A program made the translations under genes and the position numbers. DNA of 64,000 nucleotides from an uncultured Cellvibrionales bacterium (GTDB taxonomy: Bacteria; Pseudomonadota; Gammaproteobacteria; Pseudomonadales; Porticoccaceae): assembly GCA_963969005.1 (NCBI GenBank), contig CAXAJC010000001.1, positions 1,477-65,476 of the forward strand, read 5' to 3'. Below the pieces are notes generated by a model, which was given only the letters and a program-made list of their open reading frames with translations, had not been told where the DNA came from and ran no database searches. The number at the start of each line of letters is the position of its first letter. Position 1 is the first letter of the stretch. Below, piece by piece: positions 58,895 to 64,000 of this stretch.

Positions 58895-60808
58895 TTGAAC
58901 GATTTGGTTAAAAATTTAATTGTATGGGTGATCTTAGCCGCCATCTTAATGTCGGTGTTTAACAGCTTCACCCCACAGCCTGTAGACAACAGCCTGGGTT
59001 ATTCCGAGTTTGTTATGGAAGTGCAGAATGACCGGGTGTCCAAGGTCTCTATCGATGGCCTGATTATTGAAGGCGAACGTCGTGACGGCAGTACATTCCG
59101 CACAGTGCGGCCCAATGTGCAGGATCCGGGTTTGATGGGCGATCTGATTAATCACAATGTCAATGTTATGGGCAAAGAGCCTGAGACTCCAAGTCTTATT
59201 TCTCAGCTATTGGTGGCAGCATTCCCGATACTGCTGATTCTGGCTATATTTGTGTTCTTCATGCGCCAGATGCAGGGTGGCGGTGGCGGCAAAGGTGGTC
59301 CCATGAGCTTTGGTAAAAGCAAAGCCAAGCTGCTGACCGGTGATCAGATTAATACGACGTTTTCAGATGTGGCTGGTGTGGATGAAGCCAAAGAGGATGT
59401 GGGCGAACTGGTTGAATTCCTTAGCGACCCGAGCAAATTCCAGCGTTTGGGTGGCCGTATCCCCAAGGGGGTTCTAATGGTTGGCCCTCCGGGAACAGGT
59501 AAAACCCTGTTGGCCAAGGCTATTGCCGGTGAAGCCAAGGTACCATTCTTCTCTATTTCTGGTTCCGACTTTGTAGAAATGTTTGTCGGTGTTGGCGCCT
59601 CCCGTGTGCGTGATATGTTTGAGCAGGCCAAAAAGCAGGCTCCCTGCATAATCTTTATCGACGAAATTGATGCTGTGGGTCGTCACCGTGGAGGTGGCTA
59701 CGGCGGTGGCAATGATGAACGCGAACAGACATTAAACCAGTTGCTGGTTGAGATGGACGGCTTTGAGGGTACCGAAGGGGTGATTGTGATCGCTGCTACG
59801 AACAGACCAGATGTGCTGGATAAAGCATTGCTGCGTCCGGGCCGCTTTGATCGTCAGGTCTATGTGGGACTTCCGGATATTCGTGGCCGTGAGCAAATTC
59901 TTAAAGTACATGCGCGCAAAGTACCTTTAGATGAGTCAGTGGAGCTGGGTATTTTGGCTCGAGGAACCCCTGGGTTTTCCGGTGCCGACCTGGCCAATCT
60001 GGTCAATGAAGCCGCATTGTTCTCTGCCCGAGGCAATCGCCGTGTGGTTACCATGGAAGAGTTCGAGAAGGCGCGAGATAAAATTATGATGGGTGCTGAA
60101 AGGCGCTCTATGGTGATGTCAGAGAAAGAAAAGACCAACACAGCCTATCATGAAGCCGGTCATGCCATTATTGGCCGACTGGTGCCGGAGCATGATCCGG
60201 TGCACAAGGTGACGATTATTCCCCGTGGCCGAGCCCTGGGTGTGACTCAGTATCTGCCAGAGGAAGATCGCTATAGCATGAATCGCCGTCAGCTCAATAG
60301 TCAGCTGTGCAGCCTGTTTGGGGGGCGAATTGCCGAGGAGTTGGTGGGCGGTATTGATGGGGTTACTACTGGCGCCTCCAACGATATTGAGCGGGCCACA
60401 CAGATGGCGCGCAACATGGTTACCAAATGGGGACTCAATGAAAAAATGGGTCCTATCCTTTACGGTGAAGACGAGTCTCAGGCGCCTGGCGGCGGCAATA
60501 CTCATTACTCTGAGGACACCTCCAGAGAAATCGATCAGGAAGTGCGCAGTATTCTCAATGACGCCTACAGTACAGCGTCAAAATTACTGGAGGATAATCG
60601 CGATATTCTTGAAGCAATGAAAGATGCTCTGATGGAGTTTGAGACTATCGATGCTGATCAGGTCGATGACCTGATGAATCGACGCAAAGTGCGGCCTCCC
60701 CAGCAATGGGATGACCATGACTCTGACGACACCTCTGGTGGAGGCAACAGTACGTCAAAAGACTCTGTTGATGAGAGTCCAATTGGCGGTCCAGTCGAGG
60801 GTCTTTGA
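58895..60808 (+). CDS. ftsH: ATP-dependent zinc metalloprotease FtsH
   Basis: Two TMs, [22 protein letters not shown] and HEAGH. Confidence 0.99.
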   Translation: MNDLVKNLIVWVILAAILMSVFNSFTPQPVDNSLGYSEFVMEVQNDRVSKVSIDGLIIEGERRDGSTFRTVRPNVQDPGLMGDLINHNVNVMGKEPETPSLISQLLVAAFPILLILAIFVFFMRQMQGGGGGKGGPMSFGKSKAKLLTGDQINTTFSDVAGVDEAKEDVGELVEFLSDPSKFQRLGGRIPKGVLMVGPPGTGKTLLAKAIAGEAKVPFFSISGSDFVEMFVGVGASRVRDMFEQAKKQAPCIIFIDEIDAVGRHRGGGYGGGNDEREQTLNQLLVEMDGFEGTEGVIVIAATNRPDVLDKALLRPGRFDRQVYVGLPDIRGREQILKVHARKVPLDESVELGILARGTPGFSGADLANLVNEAALFSARGNRRVVTMEEFEKARDKIMMGAERRSMVMSEKEKTNTAYHEAGHAIIGRLVPEHDPVHKVTIIPRGRALGVTQYLPEEDRYSMNRRQLNSQLCSLFGGRIAEELVGGIDGVTTGASNDIERATQMARNMVTKWGLNEKMGPILYGEDESQAPGGGNTHYSEDTSREIDQEVRSILNDAYSTASKLLEDNRDILEAMKDALMEFETIDADQVDDLMNRRKVRPPQQWDDHDSDDTSGGGNSTSKDSVDESPIGGPVEGL

Positions 60809-60831
60809 TTTTTAACCTTAATTTTTATAGC

Positions 60832-60866
60832 AGACCTCGAAGCTCACAAGGCTTCGAGGTCTTTTT
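60832..60866 (+). terminator. intrinsic terminator between ftsH and folP
   Basis: AGACCTCGAAGC-tcacaag-GCTTCGAGGTCT followed by TTTT. Confidence 0.8.
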
Positions 60867-60872
60867 GTATCT

Positions 60873-61745
60873 ATGACCTTATTAACCTGCGGCAGCAAAA
60901 TTCTCGATCTGTCCCGCCCGGCGGTGATGGGTATCGTTAATATCACCCCTGACTCATTTTCCGATGGCGGTGACCTATACTCCTCTGGCAGCCTGGATCT
61001 GAGCAAGACAATGGCTGCGGTAGAGGCAATGCTGGCAGCAGGCGCAGATATTATTGATATTGGTGGCGAGTCCACAAGGCCTGGTGCTGTGCCGGTTACC
61101 ACTGCCCAGGAGCTTGACCGGGTGATTCCGATCGTCAATGCGGTGAGCAGTGGTTTTGACTGTATTATCTCGGTGGATACCAGCACAGCTCAGGTTATTA
61201 GCGAAGCCGCAGCCGGCGGTGCCCATATCATTAATGATGTACGGGCATTGCAGCGGGAAGGTGCGTTAGCGGCCGCTGCTGCCAGTGGTTTGCCGGTCTG
61301 CCTGATGCATATGCAGAATCAACCCGACAGCATGCAGCTTAATCCTCAATATAAAGATGTCGTTGCCGAGGTGTTGGCGTTTTTACATCAGCGCAAACAA
61401 CAGTGCATTGAGGCTGGCATTGCGGCAGATCAAATTGTGCTGGATCCAGGTTTTGGTTTTGGCAAGACTCTGGACCATAATCTGGCACTTTTTAATGGCC
61501 TGGACAGACTTGCAGAAGCAGGATATCCGGTGCTGGTGGGTGTCTCGCGCAAATCAATGATTGGTCAGCTGATTGACTCAGCAGTGGATAAAAGACTGAT
61601 GGGAAGTGTTACCATGGCGCTTTTGGCTGCGCAGAAGATCAAGGCAGTTCAGGGCTCGTTAATATTGCGCGTCCATGATGTAAAAGAGACCGTGCAGGCG
61701 CTGCGTATCTGGCAACAGATCGAGAGTTTTGAGGACACAAAGTAA
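60873..61745 (+). CDS. folP: dihydropteroate synthase
   Basis: GIVNITPDSFSDGG, DIGGESTRPG, DPGFGFGK, SRKS and RVHDV. Confidence 0.98.
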   Translation: MTLLTCGSKILDLSRPAVMGIVNITPDSFSDGGDLYSSGSLDLSKTMAAVEAMLAAGADIIDIGGESTRPGAVPVTTAQELDRVIPIVNAVSSGFDCIISVDTSTAQVISEAAAGGAHIINDVRALQREGALAAAAASGLPVCLMHMQNQPDSMQLNPQYKDVVAEVLAFLHQRKQQCIEAGIAADQIVLDPGFGFGKTLDHNLALFNGLDRLAEAGYPVLVGVSRKSMIGQLIDSAVDKRLMGSVTMALLAAQKIKAVQGSLILRVHDVKETVQALRIWQQIESFEDTK

Positions 61746-61748
61746 ATT

Positions 61749-63089
61749 ATGGCAAGAAAATATTTTGGCACAGATGGCATCCGCGGCAGAGTGGGTGAAT
61801 ATCCGGTTACCGCAGACTTTATGCTCAAGCTGGGTTGGGCAGCGGGCACTGTGCTGACCCGTGACACAGAAGGGAAAAAGCGCGTACTGATTGGCAAGGA
61901 CACCAGAGTGTCTGGTTACATGTTTGAATCTGCCCTCGAAGCAGGCTTGATTGCTGCTGGTGTAGATGTTGATATGCTCGGGCCTATGCCGACTCCGGCT
62001 ATTGCCTATTTAACCCGCACCTTCCGTGCTTCGGCTGGCATTGTTATCAGCGCTTCCCACAACCCGGTTGAAGATAACGGCATCAAATTTTTTGCTGCCG
62101 ATGGTTATAAATTGCCAGATGACGTGGAGCTTGAAATTGAGGCTCTGATGGATAAGCCGCTGGTTACCAATGGCTCCTACAGCCTGGGTAAGGCCCGTCG
62201 TCTCAGCGATGCTACCGGACGCTACATTGAATTCTGTAAAGGCACTCTGCCTGCAGGCTATGATCTTAATGGCCTCAATATTGTTGTGGATTGCGCCCAT
62301 GGCGCGACCTACCATGCTGGACCCAGAGTGTTTAAGGAATTGGGTGCCAGCGTTATTACCATGGGCAATACTCCCAATGGTTTTAATATCAATGATCAGT
62401 GCGGCTCCACCCATATGGACGGTTTGCAGGAGTCTGTAACTGAGGCCAAGGCTGATCTGGGTATTGCCTTTGATGGCGATGGTGACCGCGTCCTGTTTGT
62501 GGATGCCAATGGGGACATAGTCGACGGTGATGAGCTGATCTATATTATTGCCCAGCATCGCCGGGCGGCAGGTAACTGCGATGGTGTCGCTGGCACATTG
62601 ATGAGCAACCTTGGGCTTGAGCTGGCCCTGAAGGAGTTGGGCATACCTTTTGAGCGCACCAAAGTAGGTGACCGCTATGTGGTTGAAGCCCTTAAGGCTA
62701 ATGGCTGGGATCTGGGCGGTGAAGCTTCTGGCCATGTACTGTGCAGTGACCTCAATAGCACTGGTGATGGCATAGTTGCAGCGCTGCAGGTGATTCTGGC
62801 ACTGTCGGAGAGCGGCCAGCCACTGCACCAGCTTAAGCAGGGCATGGTTAAGTTCCCCCAGACTATGATTAATGTTCGTCTGGCGAAAAAGGTCGATATC
62901 AGTGCTAACCAGGCGATTAATACTGCTGTTGCACAGGCCGAGCAAGAGTTGGATGGCCTTGGGCGAGTGCTGTTGCGACCCTCAGGCACCGAGCCATTAA
63001 TACGAGTAATGGTTGAGGGTGAAGATCAGGTCTTGGTGGATAGATTGGTGGCAGATATCGCCAAAATCGTCCAACAGCAGGTTGGCTAG
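61749..63089 (+). CDS. glmM: phosphoglucosamine mutase
   Basis: [28 protein letters not shown] and RPSGTEP. Confidence 0.98.
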   Translation: MARKYFGTDGIRGRVGEYPVTADFMLKLGWAAGTVLTRDTEGKKRVLIGKDTRVSGYMFESALEAGLIAAGVDVDMLGPMPTPAIAYLTRTFRASAGIVISASHNPVEDNGIKFFAADGYKLPDDVELEIEALMDKPLVTNGSYSLGKARRLSDATGRYIEFCKGTLPAGYDLNGLNIVVDCAHGATYHAGPRVFKELGASVITMGNTPNGFNINDQCGSTHMDGLQESVTEAKADLGIAFDGDGDRVLFVDANGDIVDGDELIYIIAQHRRAAGNCDGVAGTLMSNLGLELALKELGIPFERTKVGDRYVVEALKANGWDLGGEASGHVLCSDLNSTGDGIVAALQVILALSESGQPLHQLKQGMVKFPQTMINVRLAKKVDISANQAINTAVAQAEQELDGLGRVLLRPSGTEPLIRVMVEGEDQVLVDRLVADIAKIVQQQVG

Positions 63090-63202
63090 TGGTTTATCGG
63101 CTATAAAGGCCGCTTCCCAGTTGTATATTCACACCTAGTCGGGTAGCATTTGCGCCCGCTTGAGAAGCCCCTACCTTCCCCTCAGAAAAAGGAGCAGTTC
63201 GG

Positions 63203-63952
63203 ATGGCTAAATCGCTGATAGCGGGCAATTGGAAAATGCATGGTACCGCTGCATCGGCAGGTGCCATTGCCGAGGAGTTGGCGAGGAATTGGAATAATCA
63301 AAACTCGGTAGAGATGATTGTTTTTCCGCCATTTGTCCACCTGACATCTGTGGCTGAGGCTGTCGGGCAAACTGATATTGCTGTAGGTGGACAAAACCTG
63401 TGCCAATTTGAGTCAGGTGCTTACACAGGCGAGGTTTCCGCGGCCATGTTGGCTGATCTGGGTTGCCAATATGTATTGGTTGGGCATTCAGAACGGCGGG
63501 CACTGTTTAACGAAAGCAGTGAAACAGTGGCAGAAAAATTTAAAGTTGCGCAGCAGGCAGGTTTAATACCGGTTCTCTGCGTTGGCGAGTCGCTGCAGCA
63601 GCGACAGCAGAAGCAAACGCTAGAAATAGTAGCGCAGCAAATCAGAGCGGTGACAAAGAGCGTTGCACTGCAAGATCTGTGTCGGGCAGTGATCGCTTAT
63701 GAGCCAGTATGGGCCATAGGCACAGGTGAGACAGCAAGCCCCGAGCAGGCCCAGGAAGTGCATGGGGCTATTAGAACCCAGCTTGGAGACGCCGGGCGCG
63801 AAACAACGCTGCTCTACGGTGGCAGTGTCAACCCGAGCAATGCAGCAGAATTATTTGCCCAGCCAGATATTAATGGTGGTCTGGTGGGTGGAGCCTCATT
63901 AAAGGCAGATGACTTTTTAAATATTGCACAACAACTGATCGAGCAAGAGTAA
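63203..63952 (+). CDS. tpiA: triosephosphate isomerase
   Basis: GNWKMHG, GHSERR, AYEPVWAIGTG and LVGGASL. Confidence 0.99.
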   Translation: MAKSLIAGNWKMHGTAASAGAIAEELARNWNNQNSVEMIVFPPFVHLTSVAEAVGQTDIAVGGQNLCQFESGAYTGEVSAAMLADLGCQYVLVGHSERRALFNESSETVAEKFKVAQQAGLIPVLCVGESLQQRQQKQTLEIVAQQIRAVTKSVALQDLCRAVIAYEPVWAIGTGETASPEQAQEVHGAIRTQLGDAGRETTLLYGGSVNPSNAAELFAQPDINGGLVGGASLKADDFLNIAQQLIEQE

Positions 63953-64000
63953 TGGAACAATTTATTTTAGTATTTCACTTTGTGGTTGCAGTGGCCCTGA
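63952..64000 (+). CDS. secG: preprotein translocase subunit SecG (3' end lies outside the window)
   Basis: TAATG overlap with tpiA, then MEQFILVFHFVVAVAL; tpiA-secG synteny. Confidence 0.8.
   Translation, partial: MEQFILVFHFVVAVAL

Noticed and set aside
62010-62945. 311-aa antisense ORF opposite glmM; similar shadow ORFs at 4973-5608, 27657-28241, 40680-41327 and 13221-13766
   Set aside because: They lie wholly antisense to well-conserved genes, have no recognisable motifs, and are expected from codon bias at about 50% GC.

Overview
About 64 kb of bacterial chromosome. It is inferred to come from a marine gammaproteobacterium (Cellvibrionales/SAR92-like gene order and content, roughly 50% GC by eye). 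The left ~28 kb is accessory: the 3' end of a cobalamin-salvage operon (btuB-like receptor, a Dph6-like PP-loop ATPase, a signal-peptide-less Cys-rich BtuF-fold protein, cobO, an HmuUV-like ABC pair, btuF), a lone amtB with a sigma54/NtrC promoter, two broken small genes, a membrane protein built of three tandem repeats, ettA and yheS, an M6 (InhA-like) metalloprotease, a bactofilin with two possible starts, and assorted metabolic and stress genes. The right ~36 kb is conserved core: gatCAB, mreBCD-maf-rng-yhdP-nit, darP-mgtE-npr-rapZ-ptsN-hpf-rpoN-lptBAC-kdsCD-yrbG, mlaC-ibaG-murA-hisGDC, degS, yhbY, rlmE-ftsH-folP-glmM-tpiA-secG. tldD, pmbA, mlaFED and mlaB are missing from their usual syntenic positions. 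I saw no rRNA, tRNA, CRISPR array, transposase or prophage gene. The best candidate for an undescribed system is the putative cytoplasmic corrinoid repair (re-amidation) module in the B12 operon. All family calls come from motif recognition by eye, with no database searches.
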